The notes beneath the pieces were generated by a model. The model worked only from the letters and a program-made list of their open reading frames with translations, had not been told where the DNA came from and did not search any database. A stretch of 64,000 bases of DNA. Origin: an uncultured Methanoregulaceae archaeon (GTDB taxonomy: Archaea > Halobacteriota > Methanomicrobia > Methanomicrobiales > Methanospirillaceae). How positions within the stretch are numbered: the stretch's first letter is position 1; every line of letters starts with the position of its first letter. The stretch spans positions 2,240,001-2,304,000 of the forward strand of contig OY969564.1 in the NCBI GenBank assembly GCA_963701095.1, written 5' to 3'. The translations under genes and the position numbers were made by a program. Shown here one piece after another: positions 29,790-38,771 of the stretch.

Positions 29790-30994
29790 ATGTACGCAAT
29801 GAAACGCATGAACAATGATATGGCAGTCTCACCGATTGTCGCGACGCTCGTCCTTATCGTCGTCGCCGTCATCGGTGCTGTTGCAGTCGGAACCATTATG
29901 GGTTCCTTCTCAACCCAGGTATCGAAGCAGGCAAACGCAGGGCAGGCATCGTCCGCATCCCAGACCGAGATTCTCGTTGCTGGTTCGACAACCCTCCAGC
30001 CCGTTGAAATCAACCTTGCATCAGACTATGCAAAGATCAACCCCGGTATCCAGGTTAACGTCCAGGGTGGATCATCAGGTGTCGGTGTAACCGCTGTTGC
30101 AACCGGTATCGCTGATATCGGTGCATCTTCAGCCGCATCCAAGATCACCGCAGGACAGGCAGCAAACCCGTCCAACCCCGGCTACCAGAACCTTTACGCA
30201 CAACTCATCGGCGGCCGTGCAGTTGCATGGATCACCAATGCCGCATCCCCGGCTGTCGCATCAGGCACAGTTAGCGCATCTGATCTCCAGCAGGCATACA
30301 GCACTGCCCTTGGATCAAACGGTACCCTTCCAGCTCATGGGCAAACAGCAGCAGCATTTCAGGAAATGCCATTATGGTTTCCCGTGCAGACTCATCTGGA
30401 ACTGAAGACGATGCAAGCACCTGGCTCTTTGGTGCAACCGGCAAGATCAACTCCTCATACACTATTGCAGAGACTGGCAACGAAGGTCTTCGTTATTATA
30501 TCGCTACGACGGCACACACACTCGGTTTCTGCGACGCAGGCTGGGCACTCACCAACCCGTCCGGTATCGAGATCCTCAACGTCACTGACTGGACCGCAGC
30601 AACAAGCCCAGACTCACTCTACACTCCAGAAGTAGCAACTGGCACAGTAGGAGAAACCTACGGTGCAGTCACCAAGACTGAAATGATGGATGCTCTTAAG
30701 GACTGGTATTTCGGCAGCGCACAGGACCACTCAGGCAGTGCAGTTGCAACCTCTGGCGTACACACTGGCCAGCAGATCGGTAACTACCCCCAGGGACTTG
30801 TCGGCGGTATGTACTGGATCACCCCAGCTACCGTCCCAACCGTCTTTACCGCCCGTGGAACCATCCAGACCCAGGGAAGCAGCGCAGCATCAAGCACAGT
30901 CAAGGACCTCATGAACTTCGCAGTGTCACCCGTAGAACAGCCAGCATTTGACAACGTCGGTGACTTACAGATTAACGAGTTCGCCTCGACATAA
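29790..30994 (+). CDS. pstS: PstS-type phosphate-binding protein fused to an archaeal type IV pilin (class III) N-terminus; -1 frameshift near 30330
   Basis: NDMA|VSPIVATLVLIVVAVIGAVAVG; then AGSTTLQP, VQGGSSGVG, ADIGASS and, in the second frame, SRADSSGTE; directly upstream of pstC. Confidence 0.88.
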
Positions 30995-31003
30995 GACCAT
31001 ATA

Positions 31004-31019
31004 ATTTTTTTCTTTTTTT
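31004..31019 (+). terminator. Oligo-T tract after pstS (archaeal-type terminator/attenuator)
   Basis: ATTTTTTTCTTTTTTT about 10 bp after the stop codon. Confidence 0.5.
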
Positions 31020-31038
31020 GACTGAGTGTAATTAAATA

Positions 31039-31956
31039 ATGAAAAGCAAATCAGAGATTCATAAAAATCTCTTCCTCTTCTGTGCCTTAGCCACTGTGGT
31101 CACAGTTTTTTCCGTCATTTTGTTTATTCTGATAAATGCAGCACCAGTATTTCTCCAGTACGGCTTTGGGTTCATCTTCGGAACCACATGGGACTACCCC
31201 ACTCACCAGTATGGTGCCTGGCCACTCATAACAGGGACATTATTACTGACTGCAGTGACGATGGTGATCTCGGTTCCTGTGGGCATTGCAACTGCGGTTT
31301 TCCTCTCTGAATGGGCGCCGCCGTGGCTCGACCGGTCCCTCTCCACGCTTATCGAACTTTTGGTAGGGATACCTTCGGTCGTTTTTGGTATACTCGGTTT
31401 TTTTGTATTCCGGGATTTTTTCCGGTATGGTATCAATCCGTTCATCGCAAACAATCTTGGTTTCATTTCATTCTTTCAAGCAGGTTCTACAGATGGTTTC
31501 GGTATCCCGATAGCATCGTTTGTCCTTAGCCTGATGATCCTTCCCACAATTATTGCTCTTTCGACAGAGGCGATGAGGAGTGTCCCGGCAGAGCAGCGTG
31601 AAGCATCAGCTGCTCTTGGCGCGACTGACTGGGAAACCATACGGGATCTCATCCTTCCCTCGGCAGTCCCCGGAATAACGACCGGCGTGATTTTGGGAAC
31701 GATGCGAGCAATGGGTGAGACTATGGCTGTGGTCATGCTCGCCGGAGGTGCGTATGGAGTTCCAACGTCCGTTCTTGATTCTGTCCTGCCACTGACTGCA
31801 AAAATCCTCATCGATCTTGAGAATTATATCGCCGAACCGGAACCAAGGAGCGCTCTTTTCGCTCTTGGCGTCCTACTTATGGCAGTGGAAATCGGTTTTG
31901 TTTTAGCTATTCATATCATTACCGACAAAATGAAGCGGCGGTATGGCGGTGCCTGA
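31039..31956 (+). CDS. pstC: Phosphate ABC transporter permease PstC
   Basis: YG.WPLI.GT, IELL.GIPSVVFG, MILPTI, EAS.ALGAT, RAMGETMAV. Confidence 0.95.
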   Translation: MKSKSEIHKNLFLFCALATVVTVFSVILFILINAAPVFLQYGFGFIFGTTWDYPTHQYGAWPLITGTLLLTAVTMVISVPVGIATAVFLSEWAPPWLDRSLSTLIELLVGIPSVVFGILGFFVFRDFFRYGINPFIANNLGFISFFQAGSTDGFGIPIASFVLSLMILPTIIALSTEAMRSVPAEQREASAALGATDWETIRDLILPSAVPGITTGVILGTMRAMGETMAVVMLAGGAYGVPTSVLDSVLPLTAKILIDLENYIAEPEPRSALFALGVLLMAVEIGFVLAIHIITDKMKRRYGGA

Positions 31957-33071
31957 TGAAACGGCGTTATGTCAAAGGTCAGATCATCAAGATAATCTGC
32001 GGCACTATTGCGTTTCTTCTTGCGGGGATGCTCATCCTCATCGTTGCAATATGTCTTATCAAAGGATTCCCCTCCCTTAACCCGAAATTTTTTCTCGTTA
32101 CCGAAAACGTGGCCGGGGGTTACAAGGGAATAGGGACGGGCATTGCCAATGCTATTGAGGGTACGTTCCTTCTCGCTCTCACATCTACCTTACTCGCTCT
32201 TCCATTCGGTGTGGGCACAGCAATTTATCTCCAGAGATATGCGCCAGATAACCGGTATACCAGGTCACTCCGGTTCATTATAGAAGTCCTTGCTGGTACG
32301 CCATCAATAGTCCTTGGTATTTTTGGCGTGATTGTCCTTGTTATTTACCTAAAACCTATAACCGGGGGAGAATCGTTATTTGCAGGTGCTATTGCTCTTT
32401 CTATACTTGTACTTCCGGTTATAATCCGGGCCACAGAAGATGCAATTATCCGGGTGCCATCAGAGCTTGAGGAAGCCAGCTATGCCCTTGGTGCTACGAA
32501 ATGGCTGACTCTGAAAAATATCACTATTCCCGTTGCCCTTTCCGGTATTGTTGTCGGTGCTATTCTCTCGTTTGGCAGGGCTGCTGAGGAATCGGCTATA
32601 GTAATTCTGACCGCAGGATATTCACAGTATGCCCCGGAATTTAAGGTTGTTGCTAACCCGACGTTTTTACTCGGTATAAAAATATATCCCCTTAACAATC
32701 TTGTTGGAACTATCCCGACACTGATCTATACAGGGTATGAAAATTCTGGTGTTTACCCTGAATCTTTCGTCTTTGCCGCGGCCTGCGCTCTCATTATGCT
32801 CGTTTTGATCATCAACCTCTCGGCAAAGATCATTCTCGCATTTGCAACGGCAAATATGAAGGGAAATCAGGATACCCTTTTATCTTCCCTTTTTGAACCT
32901 TTATCAGACCCCTTCCACAGGAAAAAACCAAAAAAAATACCTTCATGTAGCGACGTGGAGACTGTATCCGTGGCATCAAAAGAATTATTTTCCAAACCGG
33001 AGGAGATCCTCACTTCCGAACCGCCGAATGAGTCAGCCCGGGAAATGCAAAGCTTACCCAGGTACTGCTGA
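31956..33071 (+). CDS. pstA: Phosphate ABC transporter permease PstA, possibly fused to the next ORF
   Basis: AIEGT, LAGTPSIV.G.FG, EEASYALGATKW, GRAAEESA; TGATG coupling to pstC. Confidence 0.93.
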   Translation: MKRRYVKGQIIKIICGTIAFLLAGMLILIVAICLIKGFPSLNPKFFLVTENVAGGYKGIGTGIANAIEGTFLLALTSTLLALPFGVGTAIYLQRYAPDNRYTRSLRFIIEVLAGTPSIVLGIFGVIVLVIYLKPITGGESLFAGAIALSILVLPVIIRATEDAIIRVPSELEEASYALGATKWLTLKNITIPVALSGIVVGAILSFGRAAEESAIVILTAGYSQYAPEFKVVANPTFLLGIKIYPLNNLVGTIPTLIYTGYENSGVYPESFVFAAACALIMLVLIINLSAKIILAFATANMKGNQDTLLSSLFEPLSDPFHRKKPKKIPSCSDVETVSVASKELFSKPEEILTSEPPNESAREMQSLPRYC

Positions 33072-34611
33072 ACTATCTGTCGATTCCACGCTCAGTAATG
33101 CTGAAAATCTCTCCGTTGCCCCTAGCAAGAAAAAATTTTCTGTTGGTGCCGGGATTAAACGGGGTTTTAATACTATTAGCCAAAAAACCCGTATTTTTGT
33201 CCATGACACCGGGAAAAAGGAAACTACTGCAAAAATGGCCACGGTTCCTGGCAGCTCAGATTACCTCGGTCCCATTCGTAAAGTGAAGATCTCCCATATT
33301 AGGAATATTATAGTCTCATTCAGATCGTTCCTCGTTACTCTCGCCCCGTTTGCATTGGTTACTGTAATTCTCGTAGCTCTAACCGCTATGCTACCTGTTC
33401 TGTCACCAGTAGGATCTAATGGGCCGGCTGGTTCCCTGACTGTTCCCCTCATGACTCTAATCATATGCGTGATCGGAACGGTATGTGCTCTCTTCCTTGT
33501 GCGTAATAGTACTCTCTTTTTATTGCGGCGCCAAAAGGGACGAATGGGGAACCGGCGTGCTGAGTTCGCCGCGATCGCAATCGGATTTTGTTTTGTCCTT
33601 TTCGGTGCATTCATGTTTTCCGTTCATATTTTCTCACCCGTCCCGTCAATTCAGTCTCCGGGTTCAGGAGCATCAACGGGTACAGGCATATTCAGTTACT
33701 TCACTCCTTCAGGAAATGGCGGACTTTCTGAAATCAGTGGATTAGTTTTTAATAACAGCCTGTTTAGCTTCGTTTATAAGCCTGGAAATGGGACAACCCC
33801 CCAGGCCACGGACACATCCAACAGGGCCGCACAGATGGCAGCACTACTGGCTTCTGAAGAGACACCCGTAGCGACAACTACAACTCCCCAAAGCACACCG
33901 GCAGCACTCCAACCCTCACCAGTGCTGTCCTCCTCTACAGCGGTGTCATCACCAGGATCGGTCGTTCCGGTAAAAAACGCGCTTGATATAGGAGAATCCT
34001 ATTGGTATGGCGATAACAGCCGGCCGTGCTTGGCGACGATTTACAATGCAACAACTATGCCACTCTATTTCTATTGGGATATAGACTGGAACCGGTTTGT
34101 CCAAGTAACTCCGGCATCGAGCGGGGACACATTCCTGGTTATCTTCATCCGCATCGAAGACACAGGAAATATGAGTGCCATTGTCCCGCCTGGAGCTCAG
34201 TATGTTGTTTATTATAAAGGTCAGGCATATTACAACGAACCGTATTTCGATACTTCTGTCCTCGATGCGAACGAAATTAGTATTTATACGGCTAATTTCA
34301 ATCTCCTTCCCTACCAGTGGATCCGCGAGATCGGGCAGCAAAGGCGAGATTATGCCTTCCTGACCGGGTATAACATCTTTGGTCAGAACCAGACTCTTGA
34401 ATCAAATTATTCGGCCAATACCCAGTTCGCCCCCCCAAGTGCCACCACTCCCAACGGGGAAGGTTGGTTTATCAAGCCCGGACGGAGCAATGCCATAGAT
34501 GGGTACCTGATCTATGAAGTCCCGGGAGCTGTTGCAACGGATCTCAAAGATACCTACGTTCAGGTGCCTTTCAATAGTTTCAGCTCAACTCAATGGCGCC
34601 TCGGAAAATAA
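33058..34611 (+). CDS. Three-TM protein with Ser/Thr/Pro linker and extracellular DUF4352-like Ig domain; probable C-terminal extension of PstA (alternative start 33235)
   Basis: Open frame overlapping the pstA end; GDTFLVIFIRIEDTG and IKPG...DGYLIYEVP are typical of DUF4352-like domains. Confidence 0.7.
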   Translation, partial: PGTAELSVDSTLSNAENLSVAPSKKKFSVGAGIKRGFNTISQKTRIFVHDTGKKETTAKMATVPGSSDYLGPIRKVKISHIRNIIVSFRSFLVTLAPFALVTVILVALTAMLPVLSPVGSNGPAGSLTVPLMTLIICVIGTVCALFLVRNSTLFLLRRQKGRMGNRRAEFAAIAIGFCFVLFGAFMFSVHIFSPVPSIQSPGSGASTGTGIFSYFTPSGNGGLSEISGLVFNNSLFSFVYKPGNGTTPQATDTSNRAAQMAALLASEETPVATTTTPQSTPAALQPSPVLSSSTAVSSPGSVVPVKNALDIGESYWYGDNSRPCLATIYNATTMPLYFYWDIDWNRFVQVTPASSGDTFLVIFIRIEDTGNMSAIVPPGAQYVVYYKGQAYYNEPYFDTSVLDANEISIYTANFNLLPYQWIREIGQQRRDYAFLTGYNIFGQNQTLESNYSANTQFAPPSATTPNGEGWFIKPGRSNAIDGYLIYEVPGAVATDLKDTYVQVPFNSFSSTQWRLGK

Positions 34612-34878
34612 GCCTGAAAGATCTTCCCGAAAAAAAATATCTGGAGTCCTTAAAAGCAGGGGATAGAAAATGAGTTTGGGCGAATATAAGTATATATAAC
34701 TATATACTCTCAATGCCAAAAATATATTTTAATTGGACACGTAATAATTTTGATATTACGGTTTTTTCGGAAGAGCCGCACAGGAAACACGGGGATATCG
34801 CATGGCAAATCAGGGATGGCATTTTGTGCAAGGGGAGATTAGAGTGTCATGTGCGAAGGTCAATTTTGAGGATCTTTT

Positions 34879-36951
34879 ATGAAAATAAACATTTTAGGCA
34901 ATAGGAAAAAGATCTTAGGTGACAGGAAACAGCTCCGTATTCCCCGCATCAGGAAACAGCTCCATATTCCTCTTGTCATAGGTGTAATCATTATCCTGCT
35001 GGGGCTTGGGATGTATTTCCACTTCCTGCCGAGTATTGGCAGTTTTACACATATGTTTGAACCTGAAGTTACTGCGGCTCCAGTCCAGTCACTGGCAGAC
35101 GCAGGTGCGCCGCTCAGTATCCCTCTTACAAAGCCACTCATCGCTGATTTCCTGGCTTCACCTGGAAATCAATCAGACCCCCTCTCCGTACAGTTTTTTG
35201 ATATGAGCCGGGGTGATCCGGATACTTGGAAATGGGACTTTGGTGACAACACGACTTCAACCGTTCAGAACCCGGTTCACGATTATGCCCAACAGGGTAT
35301 CTATAATGTTACCCTGACGGATACACGTGGAGATGGAGCCAGCAGCACTATCACCGCTTACGACGTTATGGACACCCGGGAAAACACCGAAAATTCCGTG
35401 CTTTTCGATACTATCCGTGATGGCGTCATCAAAAAAGGCTCGTTTTTATCCTTCGTAACTGCCGACAGCAGCTCATCTGTCTCCGTGAATGGCAAACAGA
35501 TCCAGCTGCCGGTGGGATCCCTTGTAAAAATCCGGGCTGACTTTGACACCACCGGCACCATAACCCTTCGCGGCAGCAATATTCTTGGTTGCAGTATTGC
35601 TGATGGCACTCTTTTTGTGAACGGTGCACAGGCTGCTATCGGTAGTTTTTCGAATTGTGTCATACCATCAGTCCGAAACTATCATGCAAACATTACTTTT
35701 GCGATCAAACCGACACTGGGGGAGGTCAGACAGATCCTGATCAACGGTAACAAAATCCTTGCCGGGCAGGAAAACTCCTATATGGTCGTTTCTGAGGACT
35801 CCCAAAATCCCGGAAATGATCTAAGTCTTATAACCCTCCCCGGGTACTACGAGGGAAGCGCTTCCCGGTATTCGATCTCACCGGCGCTGATCGCTGGTTT
35901 TGTAGCAACATCAGCAAGTGAAGGAAGCACTCCACTTAATGTCTCATTTATGGATCAATCGGCCGGTTCACCAAACTCATGGTTATGGACATTCGGTGAC
36001 GGGACCAGTTCCGATGAACAGAATCCCACACATCTCTATTCCTACCCGGGGACGTATGATGTGACCCTCACGGTGAAAAATGGGGAACAGACCGATACTG
36101 TTGGACTTGATAACGCGGTGATCGTCACTCCGCCTCGGGTTGTGGCCAACTTTTCGGCACAGCCGCTCACGGGCACAGTGCCTCTTACCGTAAAATTTGC
36201 CGACCAGTCCACCGGGTCCCCGACATCATGGGACTGGACCTTCCAGGAGATCTCGTGGAATCAGACATTCTATACTTCCAGCACCACCGTTTACGCCACA
36301 TCAACTGCCCAGAATCCCCAGATAACCTTCACCGATCCCGGCACGTATGACGTCTGGCTTACGGTTGGCAATGTCTATGGCAGCAGTGATATGCTTAAAC
36401 CCCAGTATATCGTAGCCACCCCGTGGCCATACAGTATTCCCAATAATGATATAATATTCAAAACGGGGAAACCCGGCTATCTTGAAGAGGCTTCAAGCGC
36501 ACAATTTGTCGTGAGTAACACACCTGCTTCAATTACGATCAACGGGACATATCACGATCTTCCAAAAGGTGCAACCGTGCGGTTCGTGGCAGACAGCGAC
36601 CAGCAGGGTGACATAAGCGTTGTCCGCAACAGCATCATAAAATTTGCATTCCCGGACATGGCGGTTTATGTGAACGGCGATCTTCTCGATCAGGGCACTA
36701 TTGGCGACATCTATATTCCCTCCATGAATCAGTTCCAGACGAACCTCACGTATTATTTCTCGCCAAATTCGTCCCAGACTTATGAGACAATTAACGGGCA
36801 AAAGTACCTTTCCGATCTCGACAATGCATGGATCCGTATCTATAACCTTGGTCCGGATGAACAGGGGTCGCTTTCGCTCATATCAGCGGCAAATACAACT
36901 TCTATAGAGGGTGCCGAGAACCAGACGGTTCAGGACTGGATTCTCCAGTGA
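34879..36951 (+). CDS. Membrane-anchored PKD-domain surface protein (three PKD domains and two copies of an unassigned beta domain)
   Basis: WKWDFGD...QNPVHDY, WLWTFGDG...QNPTHLY, WDWTF...QNP; N-terminal TM. Confidence 0.9.
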   Translation: MKINILGNRKKILGDRKQLRIPRIRKQLHIPLVIGVIIILLGLGMYFHFLPSIGSFTHMFEPEVTAAPVQSLADAGAPLSIPLTKPLIADFLASPGNQSDPLSVQFFDMSRGDPDTWKWDFGDNTTSTVQNPVHDYAQQGIYNVTLTDTRGDGASSTITAYDVMDTRENTENSVLFDTIRDGVIKKGSFLSFVTADSSSSVSVNGKQIQLPVGSLVKIRADFDTTGTITLRGSNILGCSIADGTLFVNGAQAAIGSFSNCVIPSVRNYHANITFAIKPTLGEVRQILINGNKILAGQENSYMVVSEDSQNPGNDLSLITLPGYYEGSASRYSISPALIAGFVATSASEGSTPLNVSFMDQSAGSPNSWLWTFGDGTSSDEQNPTHLYSYPGTYDVTLTVKNGEQTDTVGLDNAVIVTPPRVVANFSAQPLTGTVPLTVKFADQSTGSPTSWDWTFQEISWNQTFYTSSTTVYATSTAQNPQITFTDPGTYDVWLTVGNVYGSSDMLKPQYIVATPWPYSIPNNDIIFKTGKPGYLEEASSAQFVVSNTPASITINGTYHDLPKGATVRFVADSDQQGDISVVRNSIIKFAFPDMAVYVNGDLLDQGTIGDIYIPSMNQFQTNLTYYFSPNSSQTYETINGQKYLSDLDNAWIRIYNLGPDEQGSLSLISAANTTSIEGAENQTVQDWILQ
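34924..34970 (+). repeat. Short in-frame tandem duplication (27-bp period) in the PKD gene N-terminus
   Basis: AGGAAACAGCTCCGTATTCC / AGGAAACAGCTCCATATTCC encoding RKQLRIP / RKQLHIP. Confidence 0.7.
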
Positions 36952-37133
36952 GGGGCAGTCCATGAGAAAGCTGCCGGATAATCGGCCAAAACATCCCTTT
37001 TCTTCAAACAAAGTGACGCCTTCTTTTTATGTGGAGGTTTTGAGCGTCTGTTCACTCACATGAGTGGATAAAGATAGGTTACGGAGAACACACTTTTACT
37101 GTGAGTTTTGGATGTGCCAAGGCAATAAAAAAA

Positions 37134-37990
37134 GGGTATAGTCCCATTCTAGCGACTAAACCTCGTGTTCCAATAGCTTGATAATACGCTTCACTTTATG
37201 ATTATCATTTTCATTTCTGTGATTGTACCTCCACACATACTCACCTAAGTAGAGAGGTAGTTTCTCTCGTCTGATACCGCCTTTCGACACCAGTTTTCTT
37301 TTCAAGTATCCCCAGAATCCCTCCAGACCATTGATGTGATTTCCTTTTCCGTCGCTATACTGTTTTTCACCATGATTGACAAGGCGATGAACATATCCAC
37401 GTGAAGCGATACCGGTGTATGCCTTCCAGGTATCGGAACAGATGACAGACCCTGTTGAAACTTTTCTTGAGATAAGAGGTTGAGGGGTTTCAGCTCCCAC
37501 GTCATCAACAACCTCGGCCCAGACCCTACCATTACGACAAAGAATTCCAAACACCGGTTGTTTCTTCGTACCCCTTCCTCGTTTAGTACCGTAATCCCGG
37601 AGCGTTTTTCGTTTGTTTTTCCATTGACCTCCGAGATATGTTTCATCAACTTCAACGGTGCCGGAAAAGATCTCCGGTACATCTTTTACGAGTGCAGTTC
37701 GGATCAACGTCAGTGCCCTCATGACTTGTTTTCGTTCAAGACCGGTCCGGATTGATATGTTATGGCTGCTCTGCTCCAAGAGGAACCAAGTGATAATTTC
37801 TTTCCACTGATCCTTTGTAAGATAGAGGGGAAGCCGGTGCAGTGTGAATTCATATTTGCACCGGGAACATTTCCTCTTCCCATTAGAAAGTAGGTAAACT
37901 TTTTTGGCCTCGCATTTTGGGCATGATATTTTTACCATTTCCTTCTCGTAATTCTTTTTACGAGTTGGTAGTTAAAATGGTACTTTACCC
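37134..37990 (-). mobile_element. IS1595-family insertion sequence, 857 bp, with 26-bp imperfect TIRs and 8-bp TSD TAAAAAAA
   Basis: Left GGGTATAGTCCCATTCTAGCGACTAA vs reverse complement of right GGGTAAAGTACCATTTTAACTACCAA (20/26); TAAAAAAA at 37126-37133 and 37991-37998. Confidence 0.93.
37156..37938 (-). CDS. IS1595/ISXO2-like DDE transposase
   Basis: Zn ribbon CPKC...CSRC, VEVDETYLGG, KRGRG, CSDTWKAY, HINGLEGFW, YL.EY.WRYN. Confidence 0.95.
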   Translation of the reverse strand: MVKISCPKCEAKKVYLLSNGKRKCSRCKYEFTLHRLPLYLTKDQWKEIITWFLLEQSSHNISIRTGLERKQVMRALTLIRTALVKDVPEIFSGTVEVDETYLGGQWKNKRKTLRDYGTKRGRGTKKQPVFGILCRNGRVWAEVVDDVGAETPQPLISRKVSTGSVICSDTWKAYTGIASRGYVHRLVNHGEKQYSDGKGNHINGLEGFWGYLKRKLVSKGGIRREKLPLYLGEYVWRYNHRNENDNHKVKRIIKLLEHEV

Positions 37991-37998
37991 TAAAAAAA

Positions 37999-38637
37999 TT
38001 ACTGGAGCTGTTGGATGAGCTTTGCCGTTGCAGTGATATTTGAAAGTGCATTATCGCCGTCTGCAATAGACGATAATGCCTGAGCCTTGGCATCCATTGC
38101 CTTCATCCGCAGGGAGTCGTCCCGGTAATCAGGATCGTTTACGGACAGATACCCGCTGAGATCCCGGTTATAATCAACGAAATGCTGCTGTGCATTATTC
38201 ATATCGATAGAATAGATTTTCATTTCCTGAAGCAAAAATCCCGTAAGCCAAGGAGTTTCTGTGTCATTTCCAAACGAAAGGGATGCAGTGTCAGAAGAAA
38301 ATGAATCTGTAGCAGATCCCAGTGTCGTACCTGCAGATCCCCACTGGTTAATGGCCTGCCCATCTGCAGCCACATCGCCTTGGAGTGTTGTAGTATCAGA
38401 AGAACCTTGAGCAGTCTCGTGATTATATTCGTTAAGCGTATTTCCTATCTGGGTTAGTGTGGAACTGACCTGCTTGGAGTAGGTAACCTGCTGACCTGCC
38501 CAGGCATTATAGGACTGCATGACCATTGTTGTATTGTGGGAATCACCCATCCGTGGGGTGGTGCAACCGGTGACAAGAATCGTGCATCCTGTCAGGAGAA
38601 GGAGAAAGAAAATTACATGGGCTCGTTCCATCATCAC
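37999..38637 (-). CDS. Putative lipoprotein, helical, hypothetical
   Basis: Hydrophobic N-terminus with LTGC/VTGC lipoboxes. Confidence 0.7.
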   Translation of the reverse strand: MMMERAHVIFFLLLLTGCTILVTGCTTPRMGDSHNTTMVMQSYNAWAGQQVTYSKQVSSTLTQIGNTLNEYNHETAQGSSDTTTLQGDVAADGQAINQWGSAGTTLGSATDSFSSDTASLSFGNDTETPWLTGFLLQEMKIYSIDMNNAQQHFVDYNRDLSGYLSVNDPDYRDDSLRMKAMDAKAQALSSIADGDNALSNITATAKLIQQLQ

Positions 38638-38771
38638 TAACTATAGGGATAGTGTTTTCTTCAATCTTTCGTCTGTTTTTAAGAAAATATCAGGTACCAT
38701 TTAAAATGATCTCATAAATAATGAGAACCAATAATAGAATGATTTAAGACTATAGTAAATAAATTAAAAAT

